Sequence record: MZ681930.1
Origin: Enterobacteria phage phiC600P9
DNA: 64,000 nucleotides
Direction: 5' to 3' (one strand)
The translations under genes were made by a program, and so were the position numbers. The notes below the pieces were generated by a model. The model was not told the origin of the DNA, made no database searches, and worked only from the letters and a program-made list of their open reading frames with translations. Positions 18,911 through 27,967 of the stretch are shown one piece after another. Numbering within the stretch: the stretch's first letter is position 1; every line of letters starts with the position of its first letter.

Positions 18911-19924
18911 TCATTTATAATAACTTCGGTGGTTTTCAAGATAGACCTTCTCAAGGAAGTCATCCCAGAAACCCATGTCCACTTTTTGCTGCATACCGTT
19001 CTTAGAAGCTTCAGTAGATGCTGCTTCTACTTGATCGACCACATCTTCCAAAAACTCTTGAACCGTTTTAAATGGATGTTTACCAAGCTTCACGTCGAGA
19101 ATAAATGGAGCGTCTTGGAGTGGATAGACTAAGTCACCAGTTTTGTAAATTTCCAATAGTTGGAGTCCACCACGACAAGCATGACTCAGAGCTTTCCAGT
19201 CAATACCCTCATTCGCTTCAGCCTTACGAGCACGTTCGCCGTATTCAGCATCTAATTTGTTCAGTGACTGCTTAAGCTCAATAAGAGAAAGTGTTGTCTG
19301 ATATTTACGACCCAACACGGTATAAAACGTTTGTGGGCCTGTTTTCTCATGATTATGGAACACCCATTCACAGAATTCGTTTTCTGGAAGACGATGCTTA
19401 ATATCTTCAACTTTAGTACGACGCTGCTTAATGGAACCGTCTTCTTGGTAATCAACCCATTGCTCAGGGATTTGATTAACTACTTTCAATACATCACGTA
19501 ATGCAGCCAAACGAGAACCCTTGACACCGTATTTAGAAGCTTGCTTACGGACATATCCTAAATAGGATTTCATGTTAGTCGTATAAAAACGAGAACGGTT
19601 GTCTTGAACAAACTTCCACACATCAGGCAAATCAGATTTAACCACTAGTTCAGGTGGAGTGTGAAGCATATCCAATGCTACAGTTTCACCATCTGCTGCT
19701 AATTTAAAGAAATACTTAAGACTATACAATTCGTGGTCAATATCATCTTTAGTGTTTTTAGATGATGTGTTGTTAGTGTTTTTACTCATATGCTCTTTAA
19801 CATTTCCAATAAGAATATCACGAGCAGGAGGAACAAAGATTTCTTTAAAATCTACATCAGATTCTGGAGTAGAAGTTCCATAAAGATGACTACCAAAATA
19901 GCTTTTCATTACTGTTTTCATCAT
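18911..19924 (-). CDS. Nucleotidyltransferase-fold protein
   Basis: 337 aa; N-terminal GSHLYGTSTPESDVDF fits the pol-beta-type NTase signature (GS ... DxD); ATG verified. Confidence 0.6.
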   Translation of the reverse strand: MMKTVMKSYFGSHLYGTSTPESDVDFKEIFVPPARDILIGNVKEHMSKNTNNTSSKNTKDDIDHELYSLKYFFKLAADGETVALDMLHTPPELVVKSDLPDVWKFVQDNRSRFYTTNMKSYLGYVRKQASKYGVKGSRLAALRDVLKVVNQIPEQWVDYQEDGSIKQRRTKVEDIKHRLPENEFCEWVFHNHEKTGPQTFYTVLGRKYQTTLSLIELKQSLNKLDAEYGERARKAEANEGIDWKALSHACRGGLQLLEIYKTGDLVYPLQDAPFILDVKLGKHPFKTVQEFLEDVVDQVEAASTEASKNGMQQKVDMGFWDDFLEKVYLENHRSYYK

Positions 19925-20382
19925 TCAGCCTTATATTCAATAACAGGACATACTTTAGCTTTACGCGCTTTTAAAAATTCGACGATAATAGATTTCTTGG
20001 GTTGAATAGGAGGTAAACCTTTATACGCCCTATCAATATTTTCTGCGTGTAAAGCATAATCCTTTTTCCATTTATAATCTTTATATTTTTCACGCAGTTG
20101 TGCAGGAATAACAAATGAACCGATAATAAGTAAAACAAGCAAAATGGCAAGTATAAATGCTGATGGAATAAGAGTCCATAAACTACCAAAAATAAGCCAT
20201 TTCTGTATGATTTCTGCGCAGATGATAGTTAGACCTACGAGTATAGTACATCCGAAAAAAGAAACGAAAAATGTAGGGATAACAATAGACCAAAAGTATG
20301 CGCACAGCGTCTTAGGTCGTTGCCATTCATCGTTAAACAATTTGAATAATTTATAGTGCCAAGAGTTTTCATTAATAATCAT
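19921..20382 (-). CDS. Membrane protein
   Basis: 153 aa with several hydrophobic helices. Confidence 0.5.
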   Translation of the reverse strand: MIINENSWHYKLFKLFNDEWQRPKTLCAYFWSIVIPTFFVSFFGCTILVGLTIICAEIIQKWLIFGSLWTLIPSAFILAILLVLLIIGSFVIPAQLREKYKDYKWKKDYALHAENIDRAYKGLPPIQPKKSIIVEFLKARKAKVCPVIEYKAE

Positions 20383-20384
20383 AA

Positions 20385-20906
20385 TTATCCTTTCATTGAA
20401 GGCGTAACGGTTGTTAAATACTTAATCATAGCTTCAGCTTCTGATTTTGATAATGAAATTTCTCCATTGTTTTGACGAATAGAAATAAAATCCGGATGAC
20501 GGTCACCACCAGCTTTTAAAACACACATATAAGTATCAGATTCGTCTTCGATATTTGAAATGATTGAAGCAGTTCCACATGAATGCGGTTTTTGATAAAT
20601 CAATACAGCTTTTCTTCCACCGTTTGACTGTTCATAAACTTTTAACACATCAAACAAATCACTTCTTTTATCAATAGCTAAGATGTTGTTTTCATCTTCA
20701 ATATTAAATCCTTCGGATACTTCATAAAGTGTCACCCATAAATCACCTATATCGATAGTAGCATTTTCCTTTCCATGACTTTCAAGAGCATGACAAATTT
20801 TCTTAATTTCGTCATAACTCATTTTAATAATATCATCTCCTTGAATAAGGAAGATGTCATTTTTAAATTCAACACGAATTAAACCGCTTCCACTTGAAAT
20901 AAACAT
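20385..20906 (-). CDS. Hypothetical protein, tandem paralog A
   Basis: 173 aa; shares motifs (GFNIE..., IRQ..., YL..V.P.M C-terminus) with the adjacent ORF. Confidence 0.5.
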   Translation of the reverse strand: MFISSGSGLIRVEFKNDIFLIQGDDIIKMSYDEIKKICHALESHGKENATIDIGDLWVTLYEVSEGFNIEDENNILAIDKRSDLFDVLKVYEQSNGGRKAVLIYQKPHSCGTASIISNIEDESDTYMCVLKAGGDRHPDFISIRQNNGEISLSKSEAEAMIKYLTTVTPSMKG

Positions 20907-20912
20907 ATTTCC

Positions 20913-21446
20913 TCACTTTGAAGTCATAGTTGGAATAACAGAATCGAGATAAGTCTTTAACGCAATAGCTTCGTCTTTGGTAAATGTGACAATATGCGAT
21001 CGAAAATCATCAATTTGACGAATAGTTAAGACATCTCCATCTTCATAACATTTTGATACGTTTAAAACAGTTTCATCATTCTGATTGCAAGCGTTAGTAA
21101 TAATAGCATTGCAATTTTTAAACCATTTTAAACTATGTTTTCTTTCATTAGAATAATAAAAATATTTAATCTTATCTATAAAACTATCCCAATGGATAAC
21201 TGATAAGCATATTGACTCGCTTTCAATATTAAATCCTGGGCATGAAGAATAAAAATGAATTTTATGCTCATCATTGATGCTTACTATTTTATCAGTATAA
21301 GGATATTCAATTTGGGTTAAATGAATGATTTCACTAGGCGTAAAATACAGCATATCGTCTTCTTGCGTCAAACGATACATGTTATTTACTTTTTCTATAG
21401 CCAATTCACCAAAAAGCGGACTAACTTCTAATACTAATCGTTTCAT
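20913..21446 (-). CDS. Hypothetical protein, tandem paralog B
   Basis: Track start 21470 is GTG; first ATG 21446; similar to 20385..20906. Confidence 0.5.
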   Translation of the reverse strand: MKRLVLEVSPLFGELAIEKVNNMYRLTQEDDMLYFTPSEIIHLTQIEYPYTDKIVSINDEHKIHFYSSCPGFNIESESICLSVIHWDSFIDKIKYFYYSNERKHSLKWFKNCNAIITNACNQNDETVLNVSKCYEDGDVLTIRQIDDFRSHIVTFTKDEAIALKTYLDSVIPTMTSK

Positions 21447-21605
21447 ATTGATTCTCTTCGACTCACTCACAATTACATACTCCTTTGAATAATATCAATA
21501 ATGTTGTTCACCAGATTATAAGTAAACATTGGGTAATTATATTGAATCATCACATACACAACAAACAAAATTTTCATTCTCTTCTCCTTGACAGTTGACA
21601 AGATT

Positions 21606-21635
21606 ACTATACCATAACCTTGCCAACTTGTAAAC
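21606..21635 (-). promoter_or_regulatory. T4-type early promoter
   Basis: Minus-sense GTTTACA, 17 nt, TGGTATAGT. Confidence 0.5.
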
Positions 21636-21800
21636 CATTAAATGACGTTTTCAATAAAATTCTGAAGCTTTGTGTGAGCATCAACCATGATTTTCATTTC
21701 TTCCTTTGCGAAAGCTGTACCTCTTTCACGAGAAGAATACTCATAGTCAGAAACTGCATTAGCATATTCTTCAATTAGCTTCATTAAAATCATCTGCTTT

Positions 21801-21995
21801 TCAGTTTTCATTATTCCACCTAATCATTTCAAGATATTGAACTAACTTAGCTTTGGATTTATCCAAATCCTTTTTAGCTGCTTCTATACCATCGTACGAA
21901 TATCCTTCACAATGCTCAACTGCCAATTGGTATGAATCTATTTCAATATCACGTGCTAATTTAATGATTTTTTCAAACTGTTCACGTGTTAGCAT
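21801..21995 (-). CDS. Hypothetical protein
   Basis: Track ORF, 64 aa; ATG verified. Confidence 0.45.
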   Translation of the reverse strand: MLTREQFEKIIKLARDIEIDSYQLAVEHCEGYSYDGIEAAKKDLDKSKAKLVQYLEMIRWNNEN

Positions 21996-21997
21996 AC

Positions 21998-22237
21998 TTA
22001 AACTCTCGTATTGTGATCGATAATTTCATCAAGAAACATATCTAAAGCTTCTACAGCATTATCAACTTTAGCTTCAAGTTCTTCAGCGCCTTTATTTGCA
22101 ATGCCTGCCGAAAACCAAGCAAAGTCACTAAGTTCCTCATCTGCTTTACGAATTAAAGCTACCAATTCCTTAATTTTATCAGCTTGTTCGATACTAATCA
22201 TTATTCCACCACATATGAAAGAGAGAATATTGCACAC
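21998..22237 (-). CDS. Hypothetical protein
   Basis: Track ORF, 79 aa. Confidence 0.45.
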
Positions 22238-22389
22238 GCCATGTGAGTTGCAACTTCATCACACATATTATAACGTTTCTTAAGAAGTTCTACAAGTTCT
22301 TCACTAGTAACTTCATCCATGTCGACGAAAAAATCACCATTAATAATGACGTAGATATTTCCTTCTTGATTGAGTGCTTCAATTTTCAT
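22201..22389 (-). CDS. Hypothetical protein
   Basis: Track ORF 22201..22434 shortened to ATG 22389 (SD AGGAGAA), which lies downstream of the early promoter start site. Confidence 0.5.
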
Positions 22390-22417
22390 GATGTTCTCCT
22401 CTTTATCCGATAGTTGT

Positions 22418-22447
22418 ATAGTACCACAGCTCAAACGGAAAGTAAAC
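22418..22447 (-). promoter_or_regulatory. T4-type early promoter
   Basis: Minus-sense GTTTACT, 17 nt, TGTGGTACTAT. Confidence 0.6.
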
Positions 22448-22484
22448 CGGTAAAATGAAAAAAGTCTCCCGAAGGAGACTAATG

Positions 22485-22871
22485 TTATTCGAGGGAAAGA
22501 AGATACTTACTCTGGTAAAACATTCCAGTAATATCATCTATCGTGCTTTGGATGGCTGGAGGCATTTCTTTATAAATGCTGTTAGATTGGTCTAGTATGC
22601 GATCAATCATTTTAATTGTGTCGGTAGGAAGTTTACTAGCATCTGGAATTGAAGGTGTGTATTTTCTACCAGAATACCCCAAATATTGCTCACCAAATTT
22701 ATCAATCAAATCTGGCAACTCGGAGAAAATAAAATCGTATGCTTTGTGTCTAGCATAACTTTTAGTTTCAAAATGTGCAGAATGAAAATAAGCTTGTGCA
22801 GCCATTAATAAACCTAAGTATTCATCTGCCTTTGAAGGTTTTCCACTTTGTGAAAAGTCGCTGAATTTCAT
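22485..22871 (-). CDS. Hypothetical protein
   Basis: Track ORF, 128 aa. Confidence 0.5.
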
Positions 22872-23161
22872 TCAGTCTCCAATTTAATGTTCATAATTCT
22901 AGCGTATGATTGTGCCATCTCCGCGCCTCGTTCTATACATTCAAAATCAGAAGAGCACGGGTCATTTTTATAGGTCGTTCTCATAAAACTATAGAATTGT
23001 TCAGACGATTCTACGCTTTTATTTTCAAAAAGCATATAAACGTGTCTAATACCAGATTCCATAAATTTATCAAAATGAGGATCGACATTCGCTTCAATCG
23101 ATGGAGATAAAACAAATGACAATCCTAGCATGGCAAATAGTGCCGTTGCTTTTAAGGCCAT
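22868..23161 (-). CDS. rI: Lysis inhibition regulator rI (antiholin)
   Basis: 97 aa; N-terminal signal-anchor MALKATALFAMLGLSFVLSPSIEA; matches T4 RI from memory. Confidence 0.85.
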   Translation of the reverse strand: MALKATALFAMLGLSFVLSPSIEANVDPHFDKFMESGIRHVYMLFENKSVESSEQFYSFMRTTYKNDPCSSDFECIERGAEMAQSYARIMNIKLETE

Positions 23162-23173
23162 AAAGGCCTCCTA

Positions 23174-23386
23174 TCATTTTTGCCCTGTATTTACTTTATG
23201 CCGATGCACGGCCTTAACTTTATCAAGGTATTTTTCAAAATTTCGCAATCTAGTATAGTCTGCCGGAGATTGGTTGAGTGATACTTCTCGACGCAAAGCT
23301 GAAATGATATTTCCAACTTCCCTACGAATTTCATCTAATTGAAGAACGGTAAGATTGCGAAGTTGCTTTTCAGTTAATTGTAGCAT
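23174..23386 (-). CDS. Hypothetical protein
   Basis: Track ORF, 70 aa; TATAAATA late motif 26 nt upstream. Confidence 0.5.
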
Positions 23387-23411
23387 ATATACCCCTTTAG
23401 TTAGATAAACC

Positions 23412-23419
23412 TATTTATA
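23412..23419 (-). promoter_or_regulatory. Late promoter motif TATAAATA
   Basis: Exact TATAAATA on the minus strand between tk and ORF 23174..23386. Confidence 0.45.
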
Positions 23420-23428
23420 ACTTTTGCA

Positions 23429-24010
23429 CTAACCAAGCTTTTTAGTTAATTCATTCCAATGTTTTCTACACAAAGAAACATAAATTTCATCACCAATACA
23501 GATTTGATTACCTTCTTTAACTGGTGTTCCATCTTCCATTAATCGAGCTGTCATAACCGCTTTTTTACCGCAATGACAAACTGCCTTTAGTTCAATAAGT
23601 TTATCTGCAATCGCTAAAAGTTCTTTAGAACCTTCAAACAATTTTCCAGCGAAATCAGTCCTTAATCCATAAGCCATAACAGGAACATTATATGTATCAA
23701 CAATTCGGCTCAATTGATGCACCTGTTCAGTTTTTAAAAACTGAGCTTCATCTACAAATACGCAATGAATATCTTTTTGTGCTTCAGCCCATTTATAGAA
23801 CTCGAAAATATCCATATCATCTGTAATAATATTTGCTTCCTGCCTAATTCCAATGCGAGAAACGACTTCACAAACAGAATCGCGAGTATCAATAGCAGGT
23901 TTAAGAACTAATACACCCATTCCACGTTCTTTATAATTATGTGCAGCAGTCAAAAGAGAAGCAGATTTTCCAGCATTCATTGCTGCATAAGTAAAAATTA
24001 AACTCGCCAT
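23429..24010 (-). CDS. tk: Thymidine kinase
   Basis: 193 aa; P-loop NAGKSAS; C-terminal Cys/His zinc motif; matches T4 Tk. Confidence 0.92.
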   Translation of the reverse strand: MASLIFTYAAMNAGKSASLLTAAHNYKERGMGVLVLKPAIDTRDSVCEVVSRIGIRQEANIITDDMDIFEFYKWAEAQKDIHCVFVDEAQFLKTEQVHQLSRIVDTYNVPVMAYGLRTDFAGKLFEGSKELLAIADKLIELKAVCHCGKKAVMTARLMEDGTPVKEGNQICIGDEIYVSLCRKHWNELTKKLG

Positions 24011-24011
24011 T

Positions 24012-24200
24012 TTAATCCTTAGTTAAATTTTCTAAATATGTTTTTAAATCATTTTCAGCTTTATCGATAGATTTTACTAATTCGTAATATGTTTCGGCAT
24101 CTCCATATTCAGAAGATATTTCAAAAGACAAATCCTTTTCTAAACTAATAATTTCACCAACTAAAAATAATATTTCGTTCTTTTGTTCGCGAGTAATCAT
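24012..24200 (-). CDS. Hypothetical acidic protein
   Basis: Track ORF, 62 aa. Confidence 0.45.
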   Translation of the reverse strand: MITREQKNEILFLVGEIISLEKDLSFEISSEYGDAETYYELVKSIDKAENDLKTYLENLTKD

Positions 24201-24382
24201 AAGGAATTTATATAATCAATAAGTTCTTGCTCTTTATCGTCAAAATCTTTACACAGTTCTTCGTATTCGTCAGTATTAAAAGGACCGCATTCATTACAAA
24301 CTTTTTCCAATTCACTATTTTTATCCATAACTTCGTGGATAAGAGAAAAGAGTCTGTCTTTTTGTTCTTTGCTTAGGCTCAT
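24197..24382 (-). CDS. Hypothetical acidic protein
   Basis: Track ORF, 61 aa; similar composition to the adjacent 62-aa ORF. Confidence 0.45.
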   Translation of the reverse strand: MSLSKEQKDRLFSLIHEVMDKNSELEKVCNECGPFNTDEYEELCKDFDDKEQELIDYINSL

Positions 24383-24548
24383 ATATTAATTTCCAGAAGT
24401 TTTAAAATAATTCGCTTTTGCTTAAATATTTCCATAGTTAAATGATCAGTATCTTTTTGACCAATTCCAATGGCAAAACCTTTATTAACAGCGAGTTCAA
24501 TTAAATTATCAAGTTCACGTAACACTTCATATTGTAACTCAGAACTAT

Positions 24549-24761
24549 TCATTTCGGTTTACCTTCTTTAACGAAATCTGGATAAGGATAAAATCCCGAA
24601 TAAAATCCTTCACCTTTATGATTGATGCATCCTTTATTAGAACAATAGCACCAATAATCGAAATCACAAGCCATTTCATCGTTGCATAAAGCAAAAACAA
24701 CCGGCCATTTACACTTTTCACAGTGGGCATTTTTAAGAATACTAGTTTGGCTCATAACCAT
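24549..24761 (-). CDS. Cys-rich small protein (putative zinc-binding)
   Basis: 70 aa with 9 Cys (CEKCKW ... CNDEMACDFDYWCYCSNKGC). Confidence 0.5.
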   Translation of the reverse strand: MVMSQTSILKNAHCEKCKWPVVFALCNDEMACDFDYWCYCSNKGCINHKGEGFYSGFYPYPDFVKEGKPK

Positions 24762-24979
24762 GTCACCTTTAAGCAGTATTCTTCTACATGCTGTTTACGA
24801 CCTTTCTTATCAATAAAGGTATATTCAACGAATGTTCCAATGTAGTCTTTATCTACGTCATGTGGACTATTAATTGGGCATTTAGTACGGCAAATGCGTT
24901 CCCATTGACGAATAATTACTGCCTTATTCTTTGGGTCATATGGATGTGGATAATGTATATTCATAATAATGGTTCCCAA
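24752..24979 (-). CDS. Hypothetical protein
   Basis: Track ORF, 75 aa. Confidence 0.45.
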   Translation of the reverse strand: MGTIIMNIHYPHPYDPKNKAVIIRQWERICRTKCPINSPHDVDKDYIGTFVEYTFIDKKGRKQHVEEYCLKVTWL

Positions 24980-25428
24980 TCAACAATCACAATTTCTAAT
25001 TTAGAGGAATATGTATCTAAAATCCCCTCAATAATATCCCAGTTCCCTTTACCTATGCCTGCACCAATCCTAGGCATATAGATTGTAGGTTTAATCAGTT
25101 TATTTTCACCAAACTCATTTAATTCTAACATACAATTCATTAAAGCGGAATACTCAAAATTTGGCCCTGGTTGAAATTGAGTATAAAGGTTGAAGCAATA
25201 CGCTTTATGAGTCCTAAAGTATTTTTCATAGACTGAGTAAGAACCGAGTTTAGTTACATCACCCCATTCAGTCTGTAATTTATCAGCTTCCAAAATTTTA
25301 GGGAAAGCTTTGGTTAATTGACCCGCTACTCCTGAACCCATAGTATGAAAACAATTGCATCCATGCGCAATATTTTTACCTTCAGCGAAAAGGGCGACAA
25401 TATCGCCCTTGATATATTTTACAATCAT
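24961..25428 (-). CDS. Macro-domain protein (ADP-ribose binding/processing fold)
   Basis: 155 aa; KGDIV ... AHGCNCFHTMGSGVAGQL and PRIGAGIGKG resemble the macro-domain motifs (GDI ... NAAN ... GGGV.GAI; P.IS.G..G); ATG verified. Confidence 0.65.
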   Translation of the reverse strand: MIVKYIKGDIVALFAEGKNIAHGCNCFHTMGSGVAGQLTKAFPKILEADKLQTEWGDVTKLGSYSVYEKYFRTHKAYCFNLYTQFQPGPNFEYSALMNCMLELNEFGENKLIKPTIYMPRIGAGIGKGNWDIIEGILDTYSSKLEIVIVDWEPLL

Positions 25429-25772
25429 CTAGTACTCAATCCTCGATTATAAGAATCTACCAAACGGTCAACCATTGAATGACAAGCGGCTTTATCTTTC
25501 TCCTCCGCAACTGAACATTCTAAAGTATTCCACTTTTTAGCATATCGTTTTAATAATGTATCGTTTTTGTATCTGCTTGATTTATCTCTTTCTCCGTCTT
25601 TATATGCATATATTAATTTCTGCGCAAATTCAGCTTGGCATGCTTTATTTTTCCCACAATAATCTGCCGCAGTGCGATTTACATATTCTCTAATTTCAGT
25701 ATATGATGTATCTGCTGACGCAGAAGCAGAAAATGAAATTAATCCTATACATAAAACCAAAATTTTAGTCAT
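25425..25772 (-). CDS. Secreted/periplasmic protein
   Basis: 115 aa; signal peptide MTKILVLCIGLISFSASASA; four Cys. Confidence 0.5.
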   Translation of the reverse strand: MTKILVLCIGLISFSASASADTSYTEIREYVNRTAADYCGKNKACQAEFAQKLIYAYKDGERDKSSRYKNDTLLKRYAKKWNTLECSVAEEKDKAACHSMVDRLVDSYNRGLSTR

Positions 25773-26310
25773 TTACTATTTCCAAAAGTTTATTATTTTT
25801 AAGGTAATTAGCCTTTTCTAGGACTTCAGAAGCATATTTAGAACCAGCTTTAACATTCCATCCCGAATTATAAGAGGATATTGCTTTTCTTATATCGCCC
25901 TTATGTATATTTAACCAATAAGAAAGTTCAATGTACGCCCAGGAAGCTGAATTGGATCGTTTATTCAACATTCTTTTTATTTCAGCATCGGTCATATTAT
26001 AACCAAGTTCCTTAACTCTCGCTCGCATAGTAGGCAAATAATTTTGGAACATTCCGTAGGCGTGATGCTTTGGTTTAGATTTTAAATTAACTCCGGCAGA
26101 GCTTTCTTGCCATAAAATAGCAGCCATTATATGACCTAATCCGCTTTTGTGGATATTTTTATGTGTTTTATATTTTCCATCCTTAGAAAATTGTTCCCCG
26201 AATTGATACGCGTAACGCATGTTATCGAGTTGGACATTACTGAAAGTATGCTCGGAGCTATGTGCCATCATAGAAATGGCCAATAGACCAGCGAGTAGTG
26301 CTTTTCTCAT
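25765..26310 (-). CDS. Lytic transglycosylase-like protein (SLT domain), secreted
   Basis: 181 aa; signal peptide; ES ... AYGMFQ ... YNSG motifs typical of SLT/lysozyme-like folds. Confidence 0.6.
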   Translation of the reverse strand: MRKALLAGLLAISMMAHSSEHTFSNVQLDNMRYAYQFGEQFSKDGKYKTHKNIHKSGLGHIMAAILWQESSAGVNLKSKPKHHAYGMFQNYLPTMRARVKELGYNMTDAEIKRMLNKRSNSASWAYIELSYWLNIHKGDIRKAISSYNSGWNVKAGSKYASEVLEKANYLKNNKLLEIVND

Positions 26311-26317
26311 GCTTACC

Positions 26318-26779
26318 TCATTGAGTTTTAATTACTGCTTTAGAAGCCTTTCCAGGTAAACGACGACTGTTGATAATTGCCATCCTGCATTGAAGCGACG
26401 GGTCTTTGAACTTCGCATTAGGTTTACAAACTGTAAATCCAAGCCAAAGATTTCCATCTGTGATTTCTAAACGCCCAGGACGATATTCAACCCCATCAAT
26501 AAAATCCTCATCAATGTCAGGACGCGGAGGCATACTCAGGAATTCATTAACTTCTAAAACATGGTCTTTTATTTTATGGAATAATTCAAAAACATATGTC
26601 TCATCAATCTCCCGTTGAATTGCACGATCAAGAAGATGCTGAGAATATTTTAGATGAAACGATGAGACCCCTGCTGCTTTTGATGCCTCACGAATCTCAT
26701 TGTTAATTTGACGAAACTCCGACTCAAAGTGACGACGAAGCTTATTTCGTCGGATAAAAACTTCTGTGTTGATAGTCAT
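26318..26779 (-). CDS. regB: Endoribonuclease RegB
   Basis: 153 aa; MTINTEVFIRRNKLRRHF matches T4 RegB from memory; ATG verified; early promoter upstream. Confidence 0.88.
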   Translation of the reverse strand: MTINTEVFIRRNKLRRHFESEFRQINNEIREASKAAGVSSFHLKYSQHLLDRAIQREIDETYVFELFHKIKDHVLEVNEFLSMPPRPDIDEDFIDGVEYRPGRLEITDGNLWLGFTVCKPNAKFKDPSLQCRMAIINSRRLPGKASKAVIKTQ

Positions 26780-26806
26780 GTTATTCTCCTCTTAACTGAT
26801 AGAAAA

Positions 26807-26836
26807 ATTATACCACAGTCAAGAGGAAAAGTAAAC
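26807..26836 (-). promoter_or_regulatory. T4-type early promoter
   Basis: Minus-sense GTTTACT, 17 nt, TGTGGTATAAT, directly upstream of regB. Confidence 0.65.
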
Positions 26837-26838
26837 AA

Positions 26839-27159
26839 TTATTCTTTAAATCTAATCAATTTATTCATAGACTTTGAAACTTCTGCACGAACCTCATGTA
26901 GGTTTTTGAGCTGTTCAAGACGCTGCTCATAGTAAGCAATTTCATCTTCTTCGAGACAGTCCTGCGAATCTTCTTTAAGATAACGTGCATAGTCCTGGAA
27001 AGCTTTACGGACTACTTCCTGGAAGTCATCAAGACTTTGAATTTTCTTAGGAGCAACAGATACACGACGAGGGGCAGTATAATACTCATAACCAAACCCT
27101 GCGCTTAATTGAGCCATTAATATTTTTCCTCTGGTTGGAACACAGCACGACAAGCCCAC
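26839..27159 (-). CDS. Hypothetical protein
   Basis: Track ORF, 106 aa. Confidence 0.5.
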   Translation of the reverse strand: MGLSCCVPTRGKILMAQLSAGFGYEYYTAPRRVSVAPKKIQSLDDFQEVVRKAFQDYARYLKEDSQDCLEEDEIAYYEQRLEQLKNLHEVRAEVSKSMNKLIRFKE

Positions 27160-27419
27160 ATACTGGCTTCTTTGAGTTTCGTTTTAGCAATAGTTAACTG
27201 ATCGAGGCTTTCAGCATAATTCTTCGCGAATTCACAGTCTTCACAATTATCTAGTGCTTCCCAAAATTCATCGTATAAAGCATCAAAGATAAGTCCTAAA
27301 CGAACTTCAGCGTCTTTGATAGCATTCACTTTACCGATTTTCTCTTCAGTGTGCGGCTTATAACCCTTAATATCTTCAATCATATTTGACTTCCTCACCA
27401 GTACATAAATCATATTCAA
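27117..27419 (-). CDS. Hypothetical acidic protein
   Basis: Track ORF, 100 aa. Confidence 0.45.
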   Translation of the reverse strand: MNMIYVLVRKSNMIEDIKGYKPHTEEKIGKVNAIKDAEVRLGLIFDALYDEFWEALDNCEDCEFAKNYAESLDQLTIAKTKLKEASMWACRAVFQPEEKY

Positions 27420-27597
27420 CTAAACGAATAGGTTCATGAATGCCATATCCCTGAACAGAAATTTCTGTCGTGGGATAAATTCCATCAATATCGCCCATAT
27501 TCCACGCTTCATTAAATTGCTGTTCGCCTGAATTACTAAACCATTCGGCGAAAGCATTTAGCACATCTTCAGAACCTTCAATAATTATCTTTGCCAT
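27376..27597 (-). CDS. Hypothetical protein
   Basis: Track ORF, 73 aa. Confidence 0.45.
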   Translation of the reverse strand: MAKIIIEGSEDVLNAFAEWFSNSGEQQFNEAWNMGDIDGIYPTTEISVQGYGIHEPIRLVEYDLCTGEEVKYD

Positions 27598-27959
27598 TAC
27601 AAACTCTCGGTAAAGGTACGAGCGATAACGTCGCGCTGCTGTTCCGGAGTCAGAGAGTTAAAGCGAACTGCATAACCGGATACACGGATGGTCAGCTGCG
27701 GATATTTTTCCGGATGCTTAACTGCATCTTCCAGAGTTTCGCGACGCAGAACGTTAACGTTCAGGTGTTGACCACCTTCAATTTTAACTGTAGGCTGTTG
27801 CTCAATTTCAATTTCACGGGCATGCAAACCATAGAAAATTTCTGGGTCTACAAAAGAGTCCTCTTTAAAGGTTTTAGATACAATAATTCGTGCTTGAATA
27901 CCATCTTCAAAATAAATAGTACCTTTATGTGTGCCTTCAAGAATTTGATATGCTTTCAT
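27597..27959 (-). CDS. Autonomous glycyl-radical cofactor (GrcA/YfiD-like, T4 Y06I-like)
   Basis: C-terminal [59 protein letters not shown] carries the glycyl-radical motif RVSGYA; track start 27971 is TTG, ATG 27959 has SD GAGG. Confidence 0.85.
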   Translation of the reverse strand: MKAYQILEGTHKGTIYFEDGIQARIIVSKTFKEDSFVDPEIFYGLHAREIEIEQQPTVKIEGGQHLNVNVLRRETLEDAVKHPEKYPQLTIRVSGYAVRFNSLTPEQQRDVIARTFTESL

Positions 27960-27967
27960 ATAACCTC

